This document shows, one piece after another, positions 50,765-61,001 of a DNA stretch of 64,000 bases (position 1 is the first letter of the stretch; every line of letters starts with the position of its first letter). The stretch comes from Promethearchaeota archaeon. Lineage in GTDB: Archaea; Asgardarchaeota; Lokiarchaeia; Sigyniarchaeales; SOKP01. A model generated the notes under the pieces. That model ran no database searches. It was not told the origin of the DNA and saw only the letters and a program-made list of their open reading frames with translations. A program made the position numbers and the translations under genes. The DNA is taken from assembly GCA_008080735.1 (NCBI GenBank), contig SHMW01000006.1:1-64000 (forward strand). Reading direction: 5' to 3'.

Positions 50765-53248
50765 CTGAACAAAAATTATCGACTGGTTCTCTCTATTATA
50801 GTATTATTTAGCTCCATAACAGCCTTTTTCTTAATTAATTGGCTTTTTTCAATTGATATATTTGGTCTTTTTACAAATTGGAGATTCATTATCACATTAA
50901 TTCTATATTTAGTTTGTTTAGAGGAGATTTATATTTGGGTAAAAAATGGTAAACGAAGCGAAATGTCTGATATCATCGCACTTTTGTTTTTTTTCTTCTT
51001 TATCTATTTTATCACTGAAGACTTTCTCACATCTCTTATGGGATCGTTTAGTATTTATCTTTGGATAGGAGTGGCAGAATTAAAAGACTATCCCGTGATA
51101 AATAAGATTTTGGTAATTTCTTTAGTCACATATAACGTTATTTTTATCTCTGGATTAATTTCAGCATATCTCAACGATCCTTTCCTATTGAATACTTCGT
51201 TTGCATTTTCATTTTGGATTATTCTAATATTGGGATTCATTCTTTTTGGCAGAAAGTATATCGTAGTCTGGAGATTTATGAGCCCTCAATATTTAACTCT
51301 TTTTCTCTATCTTCTAGGGTGGATTGGAGTTGTTTTTATAAATCAATATACTCCGATCGATTTTTACAGATACATTTATCTAGTGCTAATTATTGTAAAC
51401 ATTATAATCTATTTCTCTTCTGGATTTTTATTGGATAAACTCCTTGGAATTAAGAGAATTAGAGACGTGACAGTTGAAAAACTTGTGGAAGAAGTCAAAA
51501 GCGATTTAAATATTAAAGGTAGAGTAAAAGTTGGATTTGGACAATATCCAATATTAAACGCTATGGCATATGGTTCCTTTTTCGATAAGAGAATAGCAAT
51601 TATAGCAGAAGGCCTTGATAATCTCCCAGAGGATGAAATTAGGGGAATTGTCGCGCATGAATTAGCCCATACTAAGGGAAACCATACCTTTATCTTAGCT
51701 TTAATCACAATTATGGATCTCATTATTCGATGGATTTTTGGATTTCCCGCCACCTATTATGATTATACTTTTGGATCTCCTCAAATACCCTTTATCCTTT
51801 TCTTGGTAATCAATTTTGGTATTTATATAATACTATATTTTTTCGTGAGGATTTTGGAAGGATATGCAGATAAGAGGGCTAAAACAGGAGGCTATGGACA
51901 AGAACTTGTGAAAGCATTATATAATCTAGAAAGTTTTTATGCATCTGGAAGAGAAATTGGATTAAATACCATGCTATTATGCGATGAAAAGATCTCAAGA
52001 GAAAACAAAATGCTGGATTATGTTAGTACGGCACAATATATTAATCAATCAATGATTAAACCGTCAAAAATTTCCCTTTTAGGAAATTTTCTGAACTCTC
52101 ATCCACCAACCTACCATAGAATATTGGCGATTTTAAGCGAAGATATTAATCCCTACAAAGAAACATTATTACCTTTATTGTATCTAAGAAAAAAAAATCA
52201 GAAAAAATTTGCTCAAAAATATTATCAAGCAAGAATAAATTTTCAGACTATTGCAAATCAAAAGTTTAAAGAGTTCTTCCGTATTGAAGATATCTCAAAA
52301 TTCTTACACGATTTAGAACTCGATGAAAAATATAAATATGACTTTCAAAAGAGCTTCTTATTTAAAAACATAATTAATGGTGATTATAAATATGGAAATT
52401 TGATATCCTTAAAGATTAAAGATGATATTTCTGATAATTTCTGTTTTAAGATTTTTAATTACAAATCTAAAAAGATTGAGTTTTTACCACCTTCCCATTT
52501 TACAAAAACGCAAGTAAATATAGGTGAACATTATATTTTCTCAAAAAAAAACGTGCTGAAACTTGAAAATATTCAATTTGATAAGGACTCTAAAAGTGGA
52601 TTTTATATTTTTACCGATAAGAACAATAATCTTATCAAAAAACCCATTAAAAAAACTAAAATTCCTTTTTCCATCGAAAAGATTCAAAATTTTCTTAATA
52701 AAGATGTATTTCTCAAGAGAAAAGGTTTATTAGGATTAGCTGAATGCACGGCTCTTCATAAAAAAGAAAATTTAAAGGAATCGAAAATAGAATTAAAAAA
52801 TTCAATGGGTGAAAATGGTGAAAATGGTGAAGCCATGGTTTTAACCCGTAAATTAAAAGATTTGATAATTAAACCGAAAAATATTCAATTTGAAATTATA
52901 AAAAATGAGAGCAATTTAGAAAACTCAAAAAAACTTTTAGAATGGATGAGAAACAAACAGATACGAGCATATTTTTATTTGAAAAAACCAGTAAATAATA
53001 TAGAAATAGGGTATGTCGAAAAAGTTAATTATAATCAGACTTCAGAAGAGGACCTTAGAAACAAGCATTTATCAATAGAAATTAGTACAATTTTCAATGA
53101 ATTAAAAATATTACAACAAGATAAAATTGAATTTGTAAGCTTTAGCTACAAAACGGGGATTATCCAATTAAAATCTGAAACAAGTTTCTTTTCCAAAATT
53201 GGGTATTATCTTTTTAAAAAGATAAAGCCTCAAGAGATTTTGATTTAG
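50765..53248 (+). CDS. M48 (HtpX/Ste24-like) membrane Zn-metalloprotease with a long soluble C-terminal extension; probable CTG start 66 codons upstream of the ATG at 50963
   Basis: NAMAYG, GIVAHELAH (HExxH), EGYAD, SHPPTYHRI; in-frame open hydrophobic extension 50765-50962. Confidence 0.8.
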   Translation: MNKNYRLVLSIIVLFSSITAFFLINWLFSIDIFGLFTNWRFIITLILYLVCLEEIYIWVKNGKRSEMSDIIALLFFFFFIYFITEDFLTSLMGSFSIYLWIGVAELKDYPVINKILVISLVTYNVIFISGLISAYLNDPFLLNTSFAFSFWIILILGFILFGRKYIVVWRFMSPQYLTLFLYLLGWIGVVFINQYTPIDFYRYIYLVLIIVNIIIYFSSGFLLDKLLGIKRIRDVTVEKLVEEVKSDLNIKGRVKVGFGQYPILNAMAYGSFFDKRIAIIAEGLDNLPEDEIRGIVAHELAHTKGNHTFILALITIMDLIIRWIFGFPATYYDYTFGSPQIPFILFLVINFGIYIILYFFVRILEGYADKRAKTGGYGQELVKALYNLESFYASGREIGLNTMLLCDEKISRENKMLDYVSTAQYINQSMIKPSKISLLGNFLNSHPPTYHRILAILSEDINPYKETLLPLLYLRKKNQKKFAQKYYQARINFQTIANQKFKEFFRIEDISKFLHDLELDEKYKYDFQKSFLFKNIINGDYKYGNLISLKIKDDISDNFCFKIFNYKSKKIEFLPPSHFTKTQVNIGEHYIFSKKNVLKLENIQFDKDSKSGFYIFTDKNNNLIKKPIKKTKIPFSIEKIQNFLNKDVFLKRKGLLGLAECTALHKKENLKESKIELKNSMGENGENGEAMVLTRKLKDLIIKPKNIQFEIIKNESNLENSKKLLEWMRNKQIRAYFYLKKPVNNIEIGYVEKVNYNQTSEEDLRNKHLSIEISTIFNELKILQQDKIEFVSFSYKTGIIQLKSETSFFSKIGYYLFKKIKPQEILI

Positions 53249-53287
53249 CAATAAAGTTTAATTTTAATAATTTTTTTTAAAATCTAT

Positions 53288-54241
53288 ATGTTTAATCAGA
53301 TACGAAATATTATACATTTAATCAGAGTAAGGCAATATTATAAAAACGTTTTAATTTTCGTTGGGTTGTTTTTTAGTGTAAATCTATTTACGTTTAGCTA
53401 TTGGTATTTATTAATTATTGGATTTATTTTACTATGTCTTACATCTTCCATCAATTATATTGTAAATGATATATTGGATATTGAAAGTGATAAAAAACAT
53501 CCAGAAAAGCTAAAAAAAAAACCTCTTGCTTCAGGTGAGTTATCTATTTCTTTTGCAATTGGTTTATTAGTTTTAATAATTCTCACAATTGTAATTTGCT
53601 TAATCTTTATCGTTCCAAATATTACTTTTGCTATTTTGCTATTATTAATTATTATCACGGGGCAACTCTATAACCACGTGTTCAAGAATTTTGCATTTAT
53701 CGATATTTTAACCTTATCAACGGGATATTTATGGAGAGCATTAGCGGGATGCGTTTTAATAAATCAATATATTTCCGCGTGGTTATTTCTTTCTATATTT
53801 GAAGTTGCATTATTTTTGGTGATTGCTAAAAGGAAAGGAGATTTAATGATCTTAGGTAATAAGGAAGATGCAATTAAACATAAGAAAGTGTATAATCAAT
53901 ATTCAATAAAACTGCTCGATCAATTTCATGTTATCACGGCTGGCTCTATTTTTATGACCTATAGTCTGTATTTAATCTTCAAATTTGACTTATTCTCCCC
54001 TGACCAATTCAATCCCAATGAATACCTTACCATCCTCACAATACCCATTTTATTATTTGTATTAATGCGATATATGTATTTAACATCAGCAGAGCCAGAG
54101 ATCGCCAGAAATACAGAAAAGGCGATCACAGATACACAAATATTAATCGCGGGACTCATTTTAGGTGCCGTATTATTTTATTCGTTTTACTTCAGTCAAA
54201 TTATTGACATTATTAACCTTATCTTAAATTTTAATCTATAA
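53288..54241 (+). CDS. UbiA-superfamily transferase, decaprenyl-phosphate phosphoribosyltransferase-like
   Basis: RVRQYYKN, NYIVNDILDIESDKKHPEK..PLASG, KRKGDL, RYMYL. Confidence 0.8.
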   Translation: MFNQIRNIIHLIRVRQYYKNVLIFVGLFFSVNLFTFSYWYLLIIGFILLCLTSSINYIVNDILDIESDKKHPEKLKKKPLASGELSISFAIGLLVLIILTIVICLIFIVPNITFAILLLLIIITGQLYNHVFKNFAFIDILTLSTGYLWRALAGCVLINQYISAWLFLSIFEVALFLVIAKRKGDLMILGNKEDAIKHKKVYNQYSIKLLDQFHVITAGSIFMTYSLYLIFKFDLFSPDQFNPNEYLTILTIPILLFVLMRYMYLTSAEPEIARNTEKAITDTQILIAGLILGAVLFYSFYFSQIIDIINLILNFNL

Positions 54242-54275
54242 AAAAATAAACCCATTTATAAAAGAGCCGAATATC

Positions 54276-54962
54276 GTGAACAACCTTCGATTAGATCTCC
54301 ATGTTCACACCGTTTATTCTGGAGATTCTCTAATTAAACTCCCAGATCTAATAAAGTATGTAAAAAAGAAACAATTAGATGGTATAGCGATTTGTGACCA
54401 TAATACAATTAAAGCTTACAAGAAGCTAAAAGATAAGGCTAAGAAGCATGAATTCATTTTAATACCCGGAATGGAGATTGAAACTCACATTGGTGAGGTG
54501 ATCGGACTTTTCCTCGAAGATGAAGTCAGCTGTGAAAATAACAATTTCTTCCACATTGTAAATCAAATAAGAGATTATGGGGGTTTAGTAATTATTCCCC
54601 ACCCGTTTGATTTTATAAGACGGAATCATCTTAAAACAGACCTAATTAATGATAAAATTATCAAAAAATATATTGATGGAGTAGAGATTATGAATTCAAG
54701 GATCATGTTTCATAAATGCATCAAAAAGGCAATAGAGTTTAAAACTAAATATAATCTGTTCGAAACCGCGGGATCCGACGCACATCATTATAAGGAAATT
54801 GGCAATGGATACACTCTTATCCAAACTCCTCAAGGTAATTCTCTTGAAGAGATTAAACAAGCTCTTCTTTCCAAACTATCAATAAGCATGGGTTCCAGAT
54901 CCTCACCGTTTTATCATTTAATCACGATAATCAATAAAATAAAAATGCGAGAATACCTTTAA
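54276..54962 (+). CDS. PHP-domain metal-dependent phosphoesterase
   Basis: DLHVHTVYSGD, ICDHN, GMEI, PHPF, GSDAH. Confidence 0.92.
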   Translation: MNNLRLDLHVHTVYSGDSLIKLPDLIKYVKKKQLDGIAICDHNTIKAYKKLKDKAKKHEFILIPGMEIETHIGEVIGLFLEDEVSCENNNFFHIVNQIRDYGGLVIIPHPFDFIRRNHLKTDLINDKIIKKYIDGVEIMNSRIMFHKCIKKAIEFKTKYNLFETAGSDAHHYKEIGNGYTLIQTPQGNSLEEIKQALLSKLSISMGSRSSPFYHLITIINKIKMREYL

Positions 54963-54968
54963 CCAAAT

Positions 54969-56153
54969 ATGAGCTCGTCTAAAAATCCTAAAGTTTATGC
55001 CATAAAAACAACTCCGGAAACGGTGCTAGAAGATTATGCATGTCTCATGGATATGACAAATTATCAACAGAATTACCCACTAGATCAGAAAACAATCATT
55101 AAATTGAATTTAAGTTGGTCCAAATTTTTTCCTGCGTGCAGTAGCCCACCATGGCAAGTCGAGGGGGTAATAAAAAAGATGATAGAAGATGGCTATCACC
55201 CAGAAAAGATATTCACAGCAGAGAATAGAACGGTGGTCACAAACATAGCAAAAGGCCTCAAGGGAAATAAATGGGGTCCAATAATTGATAAATACGGCGT
55301 CTGGTTTGTTCCATTAACTCGAGTACCTTTTGTTCCCTATGAATCGCTTCGATCAAAATTTCTCAAATTTAAGGATAAAGAATTACATGTGCTCGATTCA
55401 GAAATATTTCCTGAAGGCTTTAAAATCCCTGAATTCTATGTGGGAAAACCAATCATTCATTTACCCACCATGAAAACACACGGTCACACAGGAGCAAAGG
55501 GCGGATCGTTAAAACACACAGAAGAGGAAGAATTAAAGAATGGAGGAATCACATGCTGTATGAAGAATGCCTTTGGAGGCCTTTTAACTAAGAGAAGACA
55601 TTTTAGCCATCAATTTATGTCCGAAGTCCTTGTAGATTTATTAATTATCCAAAAACAGATCCATCCCGAAATGATGGGTATTGTAGATGGGACAGTATGC
55701 GGAGATGGTGCGGGGCCACGTACCATGATTCCCCGAATTAAAAATTATCTTATTGCGGGTTACGATCAAGTCGCTGTAGACACGGTTGTGGCTAAAATGC
55801 TCGGCTTTGAACCTATGAAATTACCCGCCATTAAATTAGCGCATGATGAGGGGCTTGGGTGCGGTGATCTTGATCAGATAGAGATAATTGGTGAAGATGT
55901 TTCAGATGTAAATTGGAATTTTACAGTAAAACGTAGTATGGTTATTTGGGGAGATCAAATGGTTCGCAAGGGATCTCTAAGGTTCTTAGAGCCGCTGCTA
56001 CACAATAAGTTGTTTATGACATTACCCATTCTCGGAAGTCTGATATACCATGATCTGCTTTGGTATCCAACTATTGGAAAGAAACGAATCAAACAATTTA
56101 AGCAAAAAAAATGGGGGAAACTCTTCCAGGATTATCCCGTTGATTCTAAATAA
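54969..56153 (+). CDS. DUF362 family protein
   Basis: IKLNLSW..FPAC, LPTMKTH, MKNAFGG, DGTVCGDGAGP, DQVAVD. Confidence 0.82.
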   Translation: MSSSKNPKVYAIKTTPETVLEDYACLMDMTNYQQNYPLDQKTIIKLNLSWSKFFPACSSPPWQVEGVIKKMIEDGYHPEKIFTAENRTVVTNIAKGLKGNKWGPIIDKYGVWFVPLTRVPFVPYESLRSKFLKFKDKELHVLDSEIFPEGFKIPEFYVGKPIIHLPTMKTHGHTGAKGGSLKHTEEEELKNGGITCCMKNAFGGLLTKRRHFSHQFMSEVLVDLLIIQKQIHPEMMGIVDGTVCGDGAGPRTMIPRIKNYLIAGYDQVAVDTVVAKMLGFEPMKLPAIKLAHDEGLGCGDLDQIEIIGEDVSDVNWNFTVKRSMVIWGDQMVRKGSLRFLEPLLHNKLFMTLPILGSLIYHDLLWYPTIGKKRIKQFKQKKWGKLFQDYPVDSK

Positions 56154-56173
56154 AAAAAAAGAAATGGTAATAT

Positions 56174-57574
56174 TTAGATAACTTCTAAGGTTTCTTCGGG
56201 TATTTTTTTGCATTTTTCTTCCAAATCGATGCCCTTTTTAGCTAACCAATTTTTCCTTACGAAATAATAGATTATAGCAACTAGGTATAAAATGGCCACA
56301 ATTACGACTATATACCATTTAACTCCGATAATCGCTAAAATTGATAGCGAACTATAAGCAACGTTAAAAATCACCAATATCACGAGATAAGGTCTCTTGA
56401 TTTTGAATTTTGACTTTTCTAATAATTCCGGATACTTTTTTCCGAGAAGATATGGAATAAAGGCTAGAATTAGGGATGGGACAGAAATAGTGAGAGCATT
56501 TAAATATTGAAGATCCTCATAACCAGGTTGAAATACCAGCAAGATAAGGGCGCTCAAACAGAAAAATGAAACAGACCAATGTGGCGTTCCAAACTTTTTA
56601 TTCACATCCGAAAGAACGGAAGGAAGCATCCTATCTCTCGCTGCAGAAAAAAGATCTCGTGAATAAGCTAGAATAACCGCGTGGATTGTTGATGCGATGG
56701 CTATTAAAATTAGGATGTTTAGAAAGATTAAAAAGCCCCCCTGTATCCCTATTTGGGTAAAGACATTAATAATTGTTTTATTATCACCGGTACTCAATTC
56801 TGTATAATTAAAAACGCCTGTAAAGACGAGGGATACCAAGATATAAAGAATTAACACCATTATAAGACTAATGAATATACCCAAAGGGATATTCCGTTTC
56901 GGATTTTTTACTTCTCCTCCTATTTCAATAATCGCTGTAAAACCCGCATAACTAAAACTCAATATGACCGCACCAAGAAAAATACCAACAAAACCCGTCG
57001 GAAAAAGACCTTGATCACCAATCCCTGCAAGATTCTCAAATGAAACGTTAGGTAATCCGAATATTATAAACAACACCAATATAAGAAAATCTCCAAAAAT
57101 GGCCAGAACTATTTGTACCCATCCTGCAATTTTAACTCCGAGTATATTTATCGCATAGAATATTAGAAGGATGATAATTGCCGCGATATATGTGATCCCG
57201 GGAAAAAAATCTTCCAAATAGATTCCAAATCCCATGGATATAAACGCTAATGATCCGATGATATGAATCATTAAGGAGGTCAGAACCAGAAATCCGATGA
57301 ATGGACTTAATAGACGGGAGGTATATACCCATGCTCCTCCGCTTACGGGAAAGGCAGAAACAATGTAATAAATGATTATTGCGCTCACCACGTTTGGAAT
57401 CCCAGCTATTATAAAAGCTAACCACAATGCGGGTCCCGTTTCTGCGGCAGCTGTTCCCGTCTGTAGCAAAATACCCGCCCCAACAATATATCCGAATAGA
57501 AAAAAGACTACTGAACTTAATCCTAGTTCTCTCCGTAATTTTCCTTGTTCTTTTTCTTCGCGTTTTTCTACCAT
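56174..57574 (-). CDS. APC-family amino acid permease
   Basis: IVGAGI, FPVSGGAWVY, SYAGF..GEVKNPKRNIP, about 12 TM helices. Confidence 0.92.
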   Translation of the reverse strand: MVEKREEKEQGKLRRELGLSSVVFFLFGYIVGAGILLQTGTAAAETGPALWLAFIIAGIPNVVSAIIIYYIVSAFPVSGGAWVYTSRLLSPFIGFLVLTSLMIHIIGSLAFISMGFGIYLEDFFPGITYIAAIIILLIFYAINILGVKIAGWVQIVLAIFGDFLILVLFIIFGLPNVSFENLAGIGDQGLFPTGFVGIFLGAVILSFSYAGFTAIIEIGGEVKNPKRNIPLGIFISLIMVLILYILVSLVFTGVFNYTELSTGDNKTIINVFTQIGIQGGFLIFLNILILIAIASTIHAVILAYSRDLFSAARDRMLPSVLSDVNKKFGTPHWSVSFFCLSALILLVFQPGYEDLQYLNALTISVPSLILAFIPYLLGKKYPELLEKSKFKIKRPYLVILVIFNVAYSSLSILAIIGVKWYIVVIVAILYLVAIIYYFVRKNWLAKKGIDLEEKCKKIPEETLEVI

Positions 57575-57762
57575 AATACTTCAGTTATTAAGAAATTGTA
57601 TTATTTCATCTTTCTTTTTATGGTATAAAACCTTTTCTAATTATCCTTTATTATTCTATAAATTCATCTCCCACTTTGAAAAAGGTTTCTTTCAACAGTT
57701 GAGAAGAAATCTTTATAGCAATTTTAAAAAAAGCTATAGGTTAAATAGCCAATAACTCTTTT

Positions 57763-58632
57763 TCATTCGGGATATTGTTTAAGTACTATCTCTTGGTTGA
57801 TTATATCAAATGCTTTATCAATAGTGATTTTACAATCTAATAAGTCGATAATTAATTTTTTTAAGAGATCTATGTTCCGATTTAGAAAAGAAATTTCATT
57901 CAATTCTTGTACCAATTGTTTTTTAAGTGTTTTATCTGACTTTTTCAATTCAAAGAATTTTTGATAGGTGTCTTTATCAACTTTTACTCCCTTCCTAAGG
58001 GCTAATATTAATGCTGATGCCTCGTGTTTAGACAAACTCTTAAAATTTTTATGCAATTTAAATTTTGAAGATTTTATTTCATTAATCAAATAGATTCTAA
58101 TATTTTCTTTTTTGTGAAATATTTGATAAATATTTGTGATGAATTCAAGGATAAAGGGATATGAAACACCTCTACCGATTTTAAATATTAATTTAATTTC
58201 ATTCATGCTCTCTTCTTCAATATTAGTAATACATTTTCTAATATCTATGAGCATATCTTGTTTAGTAAAGAATGTTTTGGAATAAAAATACATCCCATCT
58301 AAGAAGACAATCATTCCAATTGTTTCACCAGGGTCTATTGAAAAAAGAAGTTTTGAGTATTCTTTAAATCCACATTGATAAATTTTAAGAAAATCAAAAA
58401 GATATTTTTCAAAATTTTCTCCCTCTTTATAGGGAACGAAATTGACCTTTTTTTCGTTGTAATTATTAATATTAAAAACTTCCTTTAAGGTTGTAAGAAC
58501 AACAGAATTAATATTGGGAATTCTCTGTCCTATGTTTAAAACTGTGAAAGGAATTCTCAATCTTTTCAATTCCTTATTTAATTTAAAGAAAAATTTCGAG
58601 TTATTTGTTAATATAAATACCTTTTTTCTCAA
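57763..58632 (-). CDS. Hypothetical protein with an RNase H-like (YqgF/RuvC-type) motif
   Basis: FSIDPGETIGM, FKIGRG, LINE, HEASALILA. Confidence 0.55.
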   Translation of the reverse strand: MRKKVFILTNNSKFFFKLNKELKRLRIPFTVLNIGQRIPNINSVVLTTLKEVFNINNYNEKKVNFVPYKEGENFEKYLFDFLKIYQCGFKEYSKLLFSIDPGETIGMIVFLDGMYFYSKTFFTKQDMLIDIRKCITNIEEESMNEIKLIFKIGRGVSYPFILEFITNIYQIFHKKENIRIYLINEIKSSKFKLHKNFKSLSKHEASALILALRKGVKVDKDTYQKFFELKKSDKTLKKQLVQELNEISFLNRNIDLLKKLIIDLLDCKITIDKAFDIINQEIVLKQYPE

Positions 58633-58798
58633 ATTATGTAAAGGAATGTAATAAAAATTAAAAATTTTTGAGAAAAAATGTTAATCTCTGAATAAGGTTT
58701 CCAAAAATCAATAAAACATGAAATCTGAAATATACTAAAGATTTTTAATTTTTAAAAATAAGTTTTTTATCATAATCTTAAAATTAAATTTAATAATC

Positions 58799-59527
58799 TT
58801 GATAAAGATGGTTTTTTCCTCACATAATAGACTTTACGAGATATTTCGGAAATATCAACCGAAAAACGGGTTATATTCAATATATGGTAATTTCGGTGTA
58901 GGAAAAACAACTCTTGCTTTACAACTTTCTCTTTTTTCTGTTTTAAAAGAAAATGACGTAATTTATTTTTATACAAAACCAAATTTTCCCTATAACAAAC
59001 TATTTAAGACCACTCAAACACATGAGATTCTAGATATAAACTTTCTGACTTCCCATCTTAACCTACTGCTTATAAATACCTTTTCTCAACTTTATACATC
59101 GATATTAAATTTAGAATTCATATTTCTAAATAAAAATGAGGGGGATATAATTCCGAAGATGTTAGTTATTGATTCTTTAACGGATTTGTATCGCTTAGAA
59201 CTTAACAGTAAAGATGTGGAAAGAAATGTGCGTCTTAATTACCAATTAAATCAAATCTTAGCTACATTAGTTTATCTAAAGCAGAATTATACTCTCGATA
59301 TATTAATTATTAATGAATCCAGCAAAAAAACAGCAATAGGAGAAATTAAGGAAGTTCAAGCAGGTGGAAGTGTAATGGAATACTGGGTCACAAGGTCTAT
59401 GAAAATCGAACGGACTAACGTGATAAATAAAAGAAAATTAATAATTAAAAAAATTAATGATAAGACACCGATAGAAATCTTTTCAACTTTAACTAATAAT
59501 GGATTTCAATTAGAACCACACACTTGA
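58799..59527 (+). CDS. RadB-like RecA-superfamily ATPase
   Basis: IYGNFGVGKTT (Walker A), LVIDSLTDLYR (Walker B), AGGSVMEYW. Confidence 0.8.
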   Translation: MIKMVFSSHNRLYEIFRKYQPKNGLYSIYGNFGVGKTTLALQLSLFSVLKENDVIYFYTKPNFPYNKLFKTTQTHEILDINFLTSHLNLLLINTFSQLYTSILNLEFIFLNKNEGDIIPKMLVIDSLTDLYRLELNSKDVERNVRLNYQLNQILATLVYLKQNYTLDILIINESSKKTAIGEIKEVQAGGSVMEYWVTRSMKIERTNVINKRKLIIKKINDKTPIEIFSTLTNNGFQLEPHT

Positions 59528-59870
59528 TAATCTCTCTCTTCATTATCTCTAATTTTAATTTAGAAGAGTTAATCATTCTTGTATTAAATGGTTTATTCAT
59601 TAAAACATCAGCAACTTCATCAAGAAACATTCTCGTTATGATTTTGCAGTCCTTATTCAAATCTAGAATCGGTTTTGTAATGAGAATAGACTGTGTGGTG
59701 TCATTTAAGGTATTAATAACCAAATCAACTTTTTCAATTGGTATCTTTCTTAAATTGATGAATTCTTTAGGATCTCTGATATTAACTTGATGATCCTCTT
59801 CAATCATCAAATCTTCAACCAATTCCTCATTTTTCTCAATTAAAAAATATTTCGTATCTAAAATTTTTGA
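59493..59870 (-). pseudogene. Probable degenerate TrkA-N/RCK domain fragment
   Basis: Frame reads *SKILDTKYFLIEKNEELVEDL..RDP..IEKVDLVI..ND..LNKDCKIITRMF; upstream in-frame stop; no GxGxxG; 3' end overlaps the convergent gene. Confidence 0.45.
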
Positions 59871-59971
59871 TTAGAAAATCCGTAATTTTGTAGGCCTTAT
59901 TTTTTTCCTTACTAAAATATTTTGAGTTAAGATGAATTAATACTATTATATCACGGAGAGATGTATGATTT

Positions 59972-60985
59972 ATGAAAAAGTCAGTTGTAAACAAGAAAAA
60001 TCAAGAGGGTCTCAAATTATCAAAATATTTACAAAAAAACGTCCCAAAATATTTTCCCCGAAGGGGGGAATTGGTGGAATTAATCGAAACCATCGCAGAA
60101 GCCACCATCCCTATACGTGGTTTATTAGAACGCGGAATTACTTCACGAGAAATAAATTACAGGATGCATATAACTGAGAGTCAAGAAATCGCAGAAAATA
60201 TATATGAAGAGGAACAAATTCATGAGGATGTTTTAACACATTCTATTATTATGAAAGCAATTCAGGAGGCAGATGTTGAATATGCATACATCGCAAGTGA
60301 AGAGGCTGAACCAGTATTAGGCAATGGAAAATTCGGTATAACAATTGATCCTGTTGACGGATCATCTAATGTCGCTGTTAATAGAACCGTTGGAACTATT
60401 GTTGGGATTTATGATGAGCAAGAAGGAATAATTTGTGCGTTTTATGTATTATATGGGATATTTACTAACTTAATATTATCAATTAATGGAAAAGTCGCTG
60501 AATTTATCTTAGATACAACTCCTTATTCAATGACATTTTATCATTTTATATTTTTGGAAGAAATTGAAATGCCTAACCCAAAGGAGGGAGGTATCCGCTG
60601 TTTAGGAGGCGACCCGAAAGATTGGCCGGAAAAATGTCAAAAATACAAACAGAACTTAATTCGAAAGAATTTTAAAGATAGATATTCTGGGTCTTTTGTT
60701 GGAGACTTCCACGCCGTGATTAAATACGGTGGGATTTATGCTTATTTTCCCTCCCCCAAACCAAAACTGCGTCTTTATTATGAATGGCTTCCTCTAGCAT
60801 TTATTTGTAAATCTCTTGGAGGAGAATTTTTGATTATTGGGGTTGAACAAGATCTTGACAAAGTCGAAAAAATTGAAAATGTCTCAACTTTAACTAAAGA
60901 AAATGTTGAAAAGATCCACTCAAGTATATGTGGTGGACTTATTGGAAGCAAATATGCTGTATTGCTTTACAATCAAATAGAATAG
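59972..60985 (+). CDS. fbp: Fructose-1,6-bisphosphatase class I
   Basis: IASEE, DPVDGSSN, VGTI, RYSGSFVGDFH, GGIYAY, KLRLYYE. Confidence 0.88.
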   Translation: MKKSVVNKKNQEGLKLSKYLQKNVPKYFPRRGELVELIETIAEATIPIRGLLERGITSREINYRMHITESQEIAENIYEEEQIHEDVLTHSIIMKAIQEADVEYAYIASEEAEPVLGNGKFGITIDPVDGSSNVAVNRTVGTIVGIYDEQEGIICAFYVLYGIFTNLILSINGKVAEFILDTTPYSMTFYHFIFLEEIEMPNPKEGGIRCLGGDPKDWPEKCQKYKQNLIRKNFKDRYSGSFVGDFHAVIKYGGIYAYFPSPKPKLRLYYEWLPLAFICKSLGGEFLIIGVEQDLDKVEKIENVSTLTKENVEKIHSSICGGLIGSKYAVLLYNQIE

Positions 60986-61001
60986 ATATGGTTTTTTAGA
61001 G

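Noticed and set aside
52808-52831. GGTGAAAAT tandem repeat
   Set aside because: Short in-frame microduplication (GENGENGE) in a loop; no sign of a functional array
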